DNA of 39,086 nucleotides, taken from positions 1-39,086 of the forward strand of contig JAFYOJ010000006.1 in NCBI GenBank assembly GCA_017560225.1. The letters are read 5' to 3'. This DNA is from Clostridia bacterium. Lineage in GTDB: Bacteria > Bacillota > Clostridia > UBA1212 > UBA1255. Positions 18,623 to 27,865 of this stretch are shown here, one piece after another. Every line of letters starts with the position of its first letter. The stretch's first letter is position 1. The position numbers were made by a program, and so were the translations under genes. Below the pieces are notes generated by a model. That model worked only from the letters and a program-made list of their open reading frames with translations. It ran no database searches and was not told the DNA's origin.

Positions 18623-20584
18623 TTACGAAATCTCAGCACCGGCAGGAATATCGCCGTCGATGGTTACCAAGGTAAGCTTCTTGCCCTTGGTCGCCGCCAA
18701 GATCATACCTTGAGACTCAATGCCTCGAAGCTTTGCAGGCTTTAAGTTGGTAATCAGCACCACTTTCTTGCCGATCATATCTTCGGGGCTGTACTGCTTG
18801 GCAATACCGGAAACCACCTGACGTGTCTCGCCGCCAAGATCTAACTGAAGCTTTAAGAGTTTGTCTGCACCCTCTACCTTCTCGGCAGCCAGTACCTGTG
18901 CTACTTTCATCTGCACTTTAGCAAAATCCTCAATAGTGATGAGATTATCCGGTTCTTGCGCTTCCTCTTTGGGCGCTGCCGCCTTCTTCATCTCCGCTTC
19001 CAACTTCTCCAAAGCTTCCATTTCTGTCTTCATATCAATTCTGGGGAACAACGCCTCCCCTTTCTCCACAGTGGTACCCACCGGATACAAGCCCCAAACG
19101 TTTGCCTGCTCCCAAGCGGTCAAATCGGATTTGCCGGAAAGGCCGATCTGGGCCCAAATCTTCTCCGGCGTTCTGGGCATGAAAGGTTCGATCAAGATAG
19201 AAATAATACGAATGCCTTCCAACAAGGTGTACATCACCCCGGCCAAACGCTTGCGGCTCTCTTCATTGGTTTCGATTTCCTTCGCAAGCACCCAAGGCGC
19301 TGTCTCATCAATATATTTATTCAGGCGGGAAACACCTTTCCAAATTTCCGTCAAAGCGGTAGGGAACTGAAGGGCATTCAAATTCTCTTCTGCTTTGGTA
19401 AAAATCTCTTTGAACAAATCGTGGATTTCCGCTTCCAAATCGGTCACCGTGTAGTCTGCCGGCTGAACGCCGCCAAAATACTTCAATTGCATGGATACGC
19501 TTCTGGAAACCAAGTTGCCCAGGTCATTGGCAAGGTCCGCATTGATGCGGTTAATCAGCGCTTCATTGGTAAAGGATCCATCCGCACCGAAAGGCACTTC
19601 ACGCAGCAAGAAATAACGGATGGCATCAGAGCCGTATTTTGCACAAAGAACGCGAGGATCTACCACATTGCCCTTAGACTTAGACATCTTACCGCCGTCA
19701 ATTAAAAGCCAGCCGTGGCCGTATACCTGCTCCGGCAAAGGCAAATCCAGCGCCATCAAAATAGCGGGCCAGATAATGGTATGGAAACGAACGATTTCCT
19801 TACCTACCAAATGCACCTGTGCAGGCCAATATTTCTTGAAATAGCTATCATCTTCGCTTCCGTATCCCAAAGCAGAGATATAGTTGGATAACGCATCTAC
19901 CCAAACGTACACCACGTGCTTATCGTCAAAAGTCACGGGAATACCCCAGTCAAAAGTGGTACGGGATACGCACAAATCGGAAAGTCCCGGGCGTAAAAAG
20001 TTATTCAGCATCTCGTTCTTTCTGGAAGTAGGCTGAATGAAATCCGGATGGCTTTCAATATATTCAATCAAACGATCCTGATACTTAGAAAGACGGAAGA
20101 AATAACTCTCCTCCTTGGTCTTCTCTACAGGACGGCCGCAGTCGGGGCACTTGCCGTCTACCAATTGGGTTTCTGTCCAGAAAGACTCACAAGGTGTGCA
20201 GTACAGACCTTCGTACTCACTCTTGTAAATATCCCCTTGATCATACAGTTGTTTAAAGATCTTCTGTACCGCCTTTACATGGAAATCATCGGTGGTCCGA
20301 ATGAACTTATCGTTGGAGATATCCAAAATCTTCCAAAGTTCCTTGGTGTTGGCAACAATTTCATCCACGTAAGCCTTAGGGGTAACACCTTTCTCTTGGG
20401 CTTTTCTTTGAATCTTCTGCCCATGCTCGTCCGTACCGGTCAGGAACATAACGTCCTGCCCTTTAAGACGTCTGTAACGCGCCTCTGTATCGGCCGCTAC
20501 GGTTGTATAAGAGTGGCCAATATGCATGTTGCCACTGGGATAATAAATCGGTGTTGTAATATAATACGTGTTCTTCTTGTCCAC
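18623..20584 (-). CDS. metG: Methionine--tRNA ligase with C-terminal tRNA-binding domain
   Basis: YITTPIYY, HIGH, TGTDEHGQK, CPDC, YVWVDAL, KMSKS, C-terminal NLKPAKLRGIESQGM; GTG start after GAAAGGGG. Confidence 0.97.
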   Translation of the reverse strand: MDKKNTYYITTPIYYPSGNMHIGHSYTTVAADTEARYRRLKGQDVMFLTGTDEHGQKIQRKAQEKGVTPKAYVDEIVANTKELWKILDISNDKFIRTTDDFHVKAVQKIFKQLYDQGDIYKSEYEGLYCTPCESFWTETQLVDGKCPDCGRPVEKTKEESYFFRLSKYQDRLIEYIESHPDFIQPTSRKNEMLNNFLRPGLSDLCVSRTTFDWGIPVTFDDKHVVYVWVDALSNYISALGYGSEDDSYFKKYWPAQVHLVGKEIVRFHTIIWPAILMALDLPLPEQVYGHGWLLIDGGKMSKSKGNVVDPRVLCAKYGSDAIRYFLLREVPFGADGSFTNEALINRINADLANDLGNLVSRSVSMQLKYFGGVQPADYTVTDLEAEIHDLFKEIFTKAEENLNALQFPTALTEIWKGVSRLNKYIDETAPWVLAKEIETNEESRKRLAGVMYTLLEGIRIISILIEPFMPRTPEKIWAQIGLSGKSDLTAWEQANVWGLYPVGTTVEKGEALFPRIDMKTEMEALEKLEAEMKKAAAPKEEAQEPDNLITIEDFAKVQMKVAQVLAAEKVEGADKLLKLQLDLGGETRQVVSGIAKQYSPEDMIGKKVVLITNLKPAKLRGIESQGMILAATKGKKLTLVTIDGDIPAGAEIS

Positions 20585-20624
20585 GGTATAAAATCCCCTT
20601 TCACGGAATATACGATTTCCGTTT

Positions 20625-20653
20625 ATTATATAAGAAAATACTGAAAATTGCAA
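20625..20653 (-). promoter_or_regulatory. SigA promoter of metG
   Basis: TTGCAA-17 nt-TATAAT on the minus strand, followed by a short ACGGAA...TTCCGT hairpin. Confidence 0.7.
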
Positions 20654-20657
20654 CTGA

Positions 20658-21503
20658 TTATCGCCTGCGGACACGACCTACGATAAAAAGAATTACAACC
20701 ACCAAAATAGCGATAAAACCAAGGGTCAAAATCGCGCCTGCTGCCATTACACAACGCAGGAGCAACTTCGTCATAAAAGCGGGCATCTGCGTACCGGTAC
20801 CGGGGGTGTCACTGCTACCTGCCATAGCGAGTGTGCCCAAACCCACTTCATTCAACGTCCAATTTTCCAAATAGCCGGAAATAGCGCCACCGCTATGATA
20901 GTTGTTCTCGTAATACAACATCACAAAAGCAGAAGCCTTCATCTGCATCCCTTCCTCAAAAGTAAAGAGAGAATCCGTAATGCGAAAAGCCGCCATAGGT
21001 AGTAATACTTCCGTGGTTTTCTTTCCTTGACGAACTTTAGATGCAATGGAAACTTGACCGGTTAAATCATAAGGGGCTTGTGATGCATCGCCGGCTAGTG
21101 TCCGATGATTATGAATCAACACACGGTGATCGGGATACACGGTGAAAAATAATCCTTGTTCCCACCCCTGAATCTGCCCACCGGGATTACAATTTAATTG
21201 CAGTAAACTGAAGTCCTCAATTAAATTTGCATCATAGGTAATGGCCATATATAAGCCTGCGTCTGACCATGCAAAGCGATATTCCACCGGACGGTCCAAT
21301 CCGTCCCAGCCACTCCAAGAAACCGTATTATTGCCATTCACCACAAAAGCCTCTCCATATTCAGACGGACGGGCAATGCCGTCAATCTTGGGATCTCCTG
21401 CTTTGGCGGTAGCCTGCATCCCGCTTGCCGCGGAAACAGGTAGAAAAAGAAACAATTGTAATGCCAGCACCAATATTAACGGAAACGCAAAACATTTACG
21501 CAT
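20658..21503 (-). CDS. Secreted, C-terminally membrane-anchored protein with CBM9/DOMON-like domain (paralog 1)
   Basis: Signal peptide, GDP.IDG...EYG and FAWS..GLY motifs, C-terminal TM helix plus basic tail. Confidence 0.65.
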   Translation of the reverse strand: MRKCFAFPLILVLALQLFLFLPVSAASGMQATAKAGDPKIDGIARPSEYGEAFVVNGNNTVSWSGWDGLDRPVEYRFAWSDAGLYMAITYDANLIEDFSLLQLNCNPGGQIQGWEQGLFFTVYPDHRVLIHNHRTLAGDASQAPYDLTGQVSIASKVRQGKKTTEVLLPMAAFRITDSLFTFEEGMQMKASAFVMLYYENNYHSGGAISGYLENWTLNEVGLGTLAMAGSSDTPGTGTQMPAFMTKLLLRCVMAAGAILTLGFIAILVVVILFIVGRVRRR

Positions 21504-21527
21504 CAGATTTCCACTCCTTTGATCCGC

Positions 21528-22532
21528 TTATTTTTCTCTACGTTTCCTAATAAAGAAAATGATTAACAAAAGGATTGCGGCGATGGCAGCTAAGCTACAT
21601 ATAACCGCACACACAACCAAGAAAATCCATACAGAGAACATGGTTCGACTGCTCTTATCGGTATCTTTTGACCCATCACCGGTCCCGGCATCAGAAGTCG
21701 ATTCCTGCGTAGGTATCACATCCGGCGTAGGTGTCGCATCCGGCGTAAGTGTCGCATCCGGCGTAAGTGTCGCAGTCGGTGTAGACGTGGGTGTCACAGT
21801 CGGTGTAGGTGTCGGTGTAGGCGTCGCAGTCGGCGTAGGTTGTGCCTTCGGCAACAAAGTAAGAGTCCCCAACCCGATGGTATTTAAATCCCATCCTTCC
21901 AAATGACTGGAGACAGCAGCGCCCACAGAGAATTGACCATTATGATGAATCATAGATACAGCAGAAGCCGCCATCGTACCAGCAGAGAACTTAAAATTGT
22001 TATCACGAATTCGGAATACTTCAATTGGAAGAAGCACTTCCGTCGTCTTATATCCATTCTGTGCCTTTGTCGCCATAAGGACCTGAGATGTCACATTGTA
22101 TGGCGCTTGGGACGCATCTCCGGCTTGTGTTCGATGATTATGAAGCATCACACGGTGATCCGGATATACGGTAATAAACAGACCCTCTTCATATCCGTAA
22201 ATTTGGTTGCCCGGATTACAAACCAATTGAAGCAGACTTTCCGTACCCACTAAATTCTGATTATATGTAAATGCAATATAAAGTCCCTTTTCAGACCAAG
22301 CAAAGCGATAGGTAACCGAAGTAATCAGATTCCCCCATTGTGCCCAACAATTGCTATTTGAAGAATTTAATTCAAAAGGCATACCATACTCATTGTTATC
22401 AATCCATCCATCGATCACAGGATCCCCGGCCTTTGCCTCTGCACGCATCGCCGTAGCAGCATAAGCAGGCACTGCATTCCCTACACAAACAACAAGTAAA
22501 AGTATCGCAATTACCAAGCCAATTCTTCTCAT
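21528..22532 (-). CDS. Secreted, membrane-anchored CBM9/DOMON-like protein with Pro/Thr linker (paralog 2)
   Basis: Same domain as its neighbour (shared TVYPDHRV, HNHRT.AGDASQAPY, KTTEVLLP); PT linker; TM plus RKRREK tail; AAGGAG RBS; TTGACA-17-TATCAT promoter at 22561-22589. Confidence 0.65.
   Translation of the reverse strand: MRRIGLVIAILLLVVCVGNAVPAYAATAMRAEAKAGDPVIDGWIDNNEYGMPFELNSSNSNCWAQWGNLITSVTYRFAWSEKGLYIAFTYNQNLVGTESLLQLVCNPGNQIYGYEEGLFITVYPDHRVMLHNHRTQAGDASQAPYNVTSQVLMATKAQNGYKTTEVLLPIEVFRIRDNNFKFSAGTMAASAVSMIHHNGQFSVGAAVSSHLEGWDLNTIGLGTLTLLPKAQPTPTATPTPTPTPTVTPTSTPTATLTPDATLTPDATPTPDVIPTQESTSDAGTGDGSKDTDKSSRTMFSVWIFLVVCAVICSLAAIAAILLLIIFFIRKRREK
21715..21840 (-). repeat. Coding tandem repeats encoding a (PT)n / TPDATL linker
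   Basis: 18-nt GCATCCGGCGTAAGTGTC-type units and 6-nt PT codon repeats. Confidence 0.85.
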
Positions 22533-22640
22533 ATTCAACAACTCCTTTTGCTTTGACATAATGATAAAATTTTTTTCGTAAAATGTCAATGTTATGTTAT
22601 AATAAAACACGACTTTTACACATGGAAGGAGTTGTGGCGT

Positions 22641-22925
22641 ATGCCACCTGAAATTAAAGCACTTTTAGTCATGTACGGCGTAGCGATTGCTATGACTTCT
22701 ATTCTTGTAACGATCTACGATAAAATTGCCGCCAAACGCAATCCCAAAGGTCGTGTTCGCGAACGAAACCTGCTCTGTTTGGGTGCATTAGGCGGCGCTT
22801 TTCCCATGATCGTAACTATGATTTTGATTCAACATAAGACGAACAAACCCAAGTTTATGTTGGGTTTGCCGCCTATGATTATGATGCACACAGCATTTTT
22901 AATTTACTTATATCTCCAATTTTAA
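22641..22925 (+). CDS. DUF1294 family membrane protein
   Basis: YDK..A.....RV.E..L.....LGG..........HKT.K.KF signature; AAGGAG RBS. Confidence 0.85.
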   Translation: MPPEIKALLVMYGVAIAMTSILVTIYDKIAAKRNPKGRVRERNLLCLGALGGAFPMIVTMILIQHKTNKPKFMLGLPPMIMMHTAFLIYLYLQF

Positions 22926-23710
22926 TCCACGTTGACACCTTGCTTGAGCCATTTTACATTGAGGCCGTACAGAATCCCAATCAAAGCTGCGTAGGCAAAG
23001 GCACTCAGCGCCAGCACGGCGTGCATATCCTCTAACATAAAGAGACTGGATTGCGAAGTCATAAAGAATCGACGCATATTGGGATCGATCAGGGCTGCTG
23101 CACCGAAGATCCCCAGTACAAACAAGGATCCTGCCGAGTATACTCCAAGGCCAATCAGCACAGAGAATCCAATCTTCCCTTTATTTGACTTGTGTCCCAA
23201 AATCAGACCGGTAAAACCGCATTGAAGCATATTCAAAACTTCCAAGAACACAACGCCTACTACCAAAGCAACCGTAAGCGCCGGGCGTCCATCCGGCAAT
23301 GCCTTCAAAACCAACGCCACCGTATCCCACAGTTTTGTGCCGTAATACAAAATAACCAGCGTCAGACCGCTCACCAAGAAACTGATGGTCATGGTGATCA
23401 AACCATCCAATGCTTTCGACAGGTAAATAGCAGGTTTTCGTACCGGTAGCGTATGGGTTAAATAGGAAGGATCTCCATACAAATTCTGGCGGAATAATCC
23501 CCAAGCGCGAAGCACGTTGTTAATCAAAGTATTAAAGATCATGGAAATAGCCGCACCGGAGAAAATCTGTCCGATAATATTCAAAATCGGAATTTCGGAG
23601 AACAGCAGAAACAAACGGGCCAATCCGGCACATCCGATGGCCAGTGCATAGAAAATGCACAGGAAAGGAAGTTTACTCTTCAAATCATATTTTAATAATT
23701 TACTCAGCAT
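22922..23710 (-). CDS. ABC transporter permease
   Basis: MLSKLLKYD, LYGD..YLTHTLPV......SK, about 6 TM helices; follows the ATPase gene. Confidence 0.85.
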   Translation of the reverse strand: MLSKLLKYDLKSKLPFLCIFYALAIGCAGLARLFLLFSEIPILNIIGQIFSGAAISMIFNTLINNVLRAWGLFRQNLYGDPSYLTHTLPVRKPAIYLSKALDGLITMTISFLVSGLTLVILYYGTKLWDTVALVLKALPDGRPALTVALVVGVVFLEVLNMLQCGFTGLILGHKSNKGKIGFSVLIGLGVYSAGSLFVLGIFGAAALIDPNMRRFFMTSQSSLFMLEDMHAVLALSAFAYAALIGILYGLNVKWLKQGVNVD

Positions 23711-24399
23711 TTGAACATCCTCCTAAAAATTGCATCAATGGAGCCGCCTTCTCGTTCCCGAAGGGTATCACATTCTTCGTGGCAAATAATCTTGCCTTTA
23801 TCAATGAAAATAACCTCGTCCAAAATTCGCTCAATATCCTGAATTAAGTGAGTAGAAATAATCACGCTGGCCCCTTCATTAAAGTTGGTCAAAATGGTAT
23901 CCAAGATATAATCCCGAGTAGCCGGATCCACGCCGCCTAAGGGTTCATCCAAGATATACAAGTCAGCTTTCCGGCTCATCACCAGTACCAACTGCACTTT
24001 CTCCTGCATACCTTTACTCATCTTATTGAGTTTCTGGGTCGGGTCTAAGTCCAAGTCTGCCAGAAGCTTCCTGGCTTTCTCGCTGTCGAAGTTCCGGTAA
24101 AAATCCGCAAAGAACTGAATGACTTGGTTTACGGTCATACTCTTATCTAAATAAGTCCGCTCCGGTAAATACGCAATAATTTCTTTGCTTTCCACCCCAA
24201 CCGGCAGGCCTTTTACCAAAACCTCCCCCTCCGAGGGCGTGAGCAGATCGTTGATCAGTTTGATCAGCGTGGATTTGCCGGTGCCGTTTTTGCCCAACAA
24301 GCCGATAATCTTCCCTTCCGGAATGGCCAGGTTAATATCCGTTAAGATCTGACGGTCGCCAAAATTCTTATACAAGTGTTTGCATTCTAATAAAGCCAT
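23704..24399 (-). CDS. ABC transporter ATP-binding protein (YtrB-like)
   Basis: GKNGTGKST, MSKGM, ILDEPLGGVD, ISTH. Confidence 0.93.
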   Translation of the reverse strand: MALLECKHLYKNFGDRQILTDINLAIPEGKIIGLLGKNGTGKSTLIKLINDLLTPSEGEVLVKGLPVGVESKEIIAYLPERTYLDKSMTVNQVIQFFADFYRNFDSEKARKLLADLDLDPTQKLNKMSKGMQEKVQLVLVMSRKADLYILDEPLGGVDPATRDYILDTILTNFNEGASVIISTHLIQDIERILDEVIFIDKGKIICHEECDTLREREGGSIDAIFRRMFKC

Positions 24400-24400
24400 C

Positions 24401-24751
24401 TTATCGCTCCTCTCTGATATATGTAGCTGCAGCTTCTCGATTGAATCCGATAGCTGCCATAGATGCCAAGAATTTCTCTGCCAGCGCATCGGCATAGTCT
24501 TTCTTGAACTTCGCTATCAATGTTTCGTCCGCTGTAACAAATTTACCGTTGGTGCGCTCGGTGTAAATCAATTCCAGTTCTTCCAATTCAGAAAGCGCCT
24601 TCTGCATGGTATTGGGATTGACTTTATGCATCAAAGCCAATTCCCGCACAGAAGGAATTCTGTCCCCGGGTTTCAACCGGCCGGCAATAATCTGCAGTTT
24701 CATCGCCTCTACCAGTTGAATATAGATTGGTATATTATTCTCAAATTGCAT
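24401..24751 (-). CDS. GntR family, YtrA subfamily transcriptional regulator
   Basis: PIYIQL, LKPGDRIPSVRELA...VNPNTMQKA; short C-terminus; heads an ABC operon. Confidence 0.92.
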   Translation of the reverse strand: MQFENNIPIYIQLVEAMKLQIIAGRLKPGDRIPSVRELALMHKVNPNTMQKALSELEELELIYTERTNGKFVTADETLIAKFKKDYADALAEKFLASMAAIGFNREAAATYIREER

Positions 24752-24765
24752 CCGGCACCTCCCGC

Positions 24766-24815
24766 TGTATTACTGGACTAATACAATGATACAACAAAAC
24801 AAATTGGGTTGTCAA
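24766..24815 (-). promoter_or_regulatory. Promoter and YtrA-type operator of the GntR-ABC operon
   Basis: Palindrome TGTATTA-CTGGAC-TAATACA (24766-24785) resembling YtrA TGTA-Nn-TACA sites, abutting TTGACA-18-TATCAT (24815-24786). Confidence 0.7.
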
Positions 24816-24830
24816 GGCTCTTTTTACTGA

Positions 24831-24903
24831 TTTACACCCACACTTTGGGCGTAAATGCGAAAAACTTGGGTTTTAACCCAAAAAATCAGGTTTTACGCCC
24901 AAA
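24831..24903. repeat. Nested inverted repeats upstream of the WYL gene
   Basis: TTTGGGCGTAAA (24844-24855) and TTTACGCCCAAA (24892-24903) form a perfect 12-bp IR around TTGGGTT-TT-AACCCAA; extra half-site TTTACACCCA at 24831-24840. Confidence 0.85.
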
Positions 24904-24955
24904 CTTGTGTTTCGTCTCAAAATTCGCTATACTAAATCAAAAGGAGTGTTGCAAT

Positions 24956-25945
24956 ATGCCAAGAGGAGCCAATCAGAAGATTAAGATTTTATATTTAATG
25001 CGCATTTTACTGGAACGAACCGATGACGCACACGGTCTGACCACAGAAGAACTGATTGGCGCACTTCAAAATATGGGCGTAGACGCCGAAAGAAAGACCA
25101 TTTACGATGATATTGAGACACTGCGCGTATTCGGTATGGATATTGAACAGCGCAAAGGGAAGAAAACTACCTATCACGTTATCAGTCGAGAATTTGAACT
25201 GCCGGAGCTGAAACTCTTGGTGGATATCGTGCAATCCTCTAAATTTATTACCCATAAGAAAAGTAATGAAATGATTAAGAAATTAGCCAATTTCGCCAGC
25301 CAACACGAAGCGCAGCAACTGAAACGAAACGTGGTGGTGCATAATCGAATCAAGACCATGAACGAAAGTATTTATTACTTCGTAGATGCCATTCACGAAG
25401 CCATCGGCAAGAACGCGAAGATCACTTTCCAGTATTTTACCTGGAACGAGAAGAAAGAGAAAGTGCTCCGCCACGACGGACGCCTCTACGAAATCAGTCC
25501 TTGGGCACTGACTTGGGACGACGAGAATTATTATATGATCGGATTTGATAGCCACGCAGGGACGATTAAGCATTTTCGCGTGGACAAGATGCAGCGGATT
25601 CAGCTTACGGAGCAAAAGCGAGACGGCGAAGCCCATTTCAAAGATTTTGACTTAGGTGCTTATTCCAAGAAAACATTCGGTATGTACGGCGGTAAAGAAG
25701 AAACCGTGACGCTGCGGTGTAAGAATCATTTGGCCGCGGTGATGCTGGACCGTTTCGGGCAGGACATCATCTTCCGCAAGGTAGATGACGAGCATTTCGA
25801 GTTCCACATCAAAGTCCAGACCAGTCCCCTATTCTACGCTTGGGTACTGAATTTCGGGGACGAGGTTAAAATAACAGCGCCCCTTTCTGTACAAGAGGCG
25901 CTGAAAGACCGACTGGAAGCCGTGCTTCGTCTGTATCACACGTAA
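24956..25945 (+). CDS. WYL-domain transcriptional regulator (wHTH-WYL-WCX)
   Basis: N-terminal wHTH (ERKTIYDDIETL), ISPWAL.W...NYYM, HFRVDKM, FGMYGG, DRFG; AAGGAG RBS; TATACT at 24928-24933. Confidence 0.92.
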   Translation: MPRGANQKIKILYLMRILLERTDDAHGLTTEELIGALQNMGVDAERKTIYDDIETLRVFGMDIEQRKGKKTTYHVISREFELPELKLLVDIVQSSKFITHKKSNEMIKKLANFASQHEAQQLKRNVVVHNRIKTMNESIYYFVDAIHEAIGKNAKITFQYFTWNEKKEKVLRHDGRLYEISPWALTWDDENYYMIGFDSHAGTIKHFRVDKMQRIQLTEQKRDGEAHFKDFDLGAYSKKTFGMYGGKEETVTLRCKNHLAAVMLDRFGQDIIFRKVDDEHFEFHIKVQTSPLFYAWVLNFGDEVKITAPLSVQEALKDRLEAVLRLYHT

Positions 25946-26217
25946 TCTTCTCTTCTGCCGAAATCACTGAACACCAATGCCCATAAGATAATGCCTACCA
26001 CCAGCATCGGTACACCCAAGAGTTTGCCGGCAGGCGCTGCCAACGCAAGCAAGTAAACCCCTGCCACCGGCATTAAAATAATTATAAGAGCGAGTATCGT
26101 GATCCATCCGTTTAATTTCATCTCAAACACAACCTTTCTGGGTTTCCCGGTGTCAACCGGTGTATTCAGTATAGTTTTATTGCTGTCCAATAAAACGGGC
26201 ATATATTTATTTCGCAT
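25936..26217 (-). CDS. Small two-TM hypothetical membrane protein
   Basis: 93-aa ORF with two clear hydrophobic segments; start uncertain. Confidence 0.5.
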   Translation of the reverse strand: MRNKYMPVLLDSNKTILNTPVDTGKPRKVVFEMKLNGWITILALIIILMPVAGVYLLALAAPAGKLLGVPMLVVGIILWALVFSDFGRREDYV

Positions 26218-26292
26218 AAATCACGTTGACCATTTTTTTGTACACTCATTCCTTTATAATGTGCTGGTAAATTTATAAAGGAGGTGCCGTAA

Positions 26293-26694
26293 ATGGCAAG
26301 CACACTGAAACAATCATACGAGGACAACCGAGGAGAAATTACTGATTTTTGCAAACAGCACAATATGAAAATGGTAGAGTTAGAAGATGCCTTTCATATT
26401 TGTACAGACGTAGGCAGTTGGAAACTGACGGAGGATGCGTTGTTTCATAAAAACAACACCCGGGGATATCACCGGCAGCACGTAGAATTCGATTCTATTT
26501 TTGAGTATCTCGCGTATATCGCAGACCACGACACATTCCGCAAGGAGAATCCTGTATACAAAAGAAAAGATGCCAACCAAAGTCCCCACGTATTCAAGCC
26601 CGCACAGAAATATCGAAAGCAACTTTGGCGTAAATCTGAATTACGCAATATTTTCAACTGTATGGACGGCATCCGCCAATATCAATTTGCGTAA
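26293..26694 (+). CDS. Hypothetical protein
   Basis: Strong AAGGAGGT RBS; 133 aa with LFHKN...GYH.Q...YL.YI..HD.FR motif. Confidence 0.7.
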   Translation: MASTLKQSYEDNRGEITDFCKQHNMKMVELEDAFHICTDVGSWKLTEDALFHKNNTRGYHRQHVEFDSIFEYLAYIADHDTFRKENPVYKRKDANQSPHVFKPAQKYRKQLWRKSELRNIFNCMDGIRQYQFA

Positions 26695-26719
26695 GGCGTA
26701 GTCCCCCCCCCTTTCTCCA

Positions 26720-26749
26720 TTGACACCTCCCCTGTCCACCGCCTATAAT
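26720..26749 (+). promoter_or_regulatory. Consensus SigA promoter of the MBL hydrolase
   Basis: TTGACA-18 nt-TATAAT. Confidence 0.75.
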
Positions 26750-26771
26750 GGTGGCAGCGGGAGGTATCTTT

Positions 26772-27545
26772 ATGCGCATTACTTGTTTAACGGAGAACAC
26801 AGCCAAGCCCGGCTTCGAGGCCGAGCACGGATTATCTTTGTATATCGAAACCCCGGGGAAGAAAATTTTGTTCGATATGGGGCAGACGGACCTTTTTACC
26901 CGGAATGCCGGTAAAATGGGGATTGATCTCGCCCAAGCAGACCTTGCCATCCTCTCCCACGGCCACTACGACCACGGCGGCGGTCTTCCAACGTTTCTCA
27001 CAATCAACCACCATGCGCCCGTATATGTAAACGAGCACGTCTTCGGCGCTTATTATAACGGCACAACGAAATACATCGGTCTGGGGAGAGAGCTTCAAGA
27101 CAATCCGCGCCTGACGCTGACGGGAGATGTTCACAAAATAGAAGAAGGCCTTACGCTGTATACTTGTAATACAAACGTAAAGCCTTATGATTTAGGTTCT
27201 TTTGGGCTCACCCAAAGAACGGGTGACGAGTTCCACCCGGATCCATTCCTCCACGAACAGTATCTGCTCATAGAAGAAGCCGGCAGAAAAGTGCTGATCA
27301 GCGGTTGCTCTCACAAAGGCATTTTAAATATTGTACAATGGTTTCAGCCCCACATATTGGTGGGCGGATTTCATTTTTCCAAATTGCCCTTAGATGAGAC
27401 ACTGGCAAACTATGCCCGTATCTTAAACGAAAGCGAGACGGACTTCTACACTTGTCACTGTACAGGCACCGAGCAGTTCGCCTACATGCAGCAATGGCTG
27501 CCCGGGCTTGCCTACTTGTCCGCGGGAGACGTACTCAGCCTTTAA
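26772..27545 (+). CDS. MBL-fold metallo-hydrolase
   Basis: EHGLSLYIE, ILFD.G, SHGHYDHGGG, GCSH.G, GGFH, CHCTG; GGAGGT RBS. Confidence 0.9.
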   Translation: MRITCLTENTAKPGFEAEHGLSLYIETPGKKILFDMGQTDLFTRNAGKMGIDLAQADLAILSHGHYDHGGGLPTFLTINHHAPVYVNEHVFGAYYNGTTKYIGLGRELQDNPRLTLTGDVHKIEEGLTLYTCNTNVKPYDLGSFGLTQRTGDEFHPDPFLHEQYLLIEEAGRKVLISGCSHKGILNIVQWFQPHILVGGFHFSKLPLDETLANYARILNESETDFYTCHCTGTEQFAYMQQWLPGLAYLSAGDVLSL

Positions 27546-27843
27546 GCATGGCCAGAATCTGCTCTTTTGAACGAGCACCTACGGCTTGATTCACAATCTT
27601 GCCATCCTTCATCACAACCAACAAAGGAATACTTACAACGCCGAACTCCATGGTCAGTTCCGGTTCATTGTCTACGTTAATCTTGCCTACCAAATACTGG
27701 GGGTTCTCCTTGGCAATCTCATCCACCACGGGAGACACCATCATGCAAGGGCCGCACCAATCTGCGTAGAAATCCAACAAAACAGTCTTATCGCTGTTCT
27801 TCACTTCATCAAAATTGCTCTTACTAACTTTCATAACAGACAT
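27535..27843 (-). CDS. trxA: Thioredoxin
   Basis: DFYADWCGPC active site, 102 aa, SIP motif. Confidence 0.93.
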   Translation of the reverse strand: MSVMKVSKSNFDEVKNSDKTVLLDFYADWCGPCMMVSPVVDEIAKENPQYLVGKINVDNEPELTMEFGVVSIPLLVVMKDGKIVNQAVGARSKEQILAMLKG

Positions 27844-27865
27844 ATTGCATCCACCTTTCTTTTGT

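Noticed and set aside
18956-20644. Long antisense ORFs inside metG (likewise inside rny and the recombinase)
   Set aside because: No RBS or motifs; expected from codon bias of the real genes.
20585-20657. T-box or S-box leader for metG
   Set aside because: The promoter is only about 40 nt from the start; there is no room for a leader and no T-box sequence.
26703-26711. C9 homopolymer as a phase-variation switch
   Set aside because: It lies outside the -35/-10 spacer and outside coding sequence; no evidence of length variation.
24956-27843. WYL-controlled anti-phage defence island
   Set aside because: No recognisable defence genes are adjacent; neighbours are an ABC operon, an MBL hydrolase and thioredoxin.
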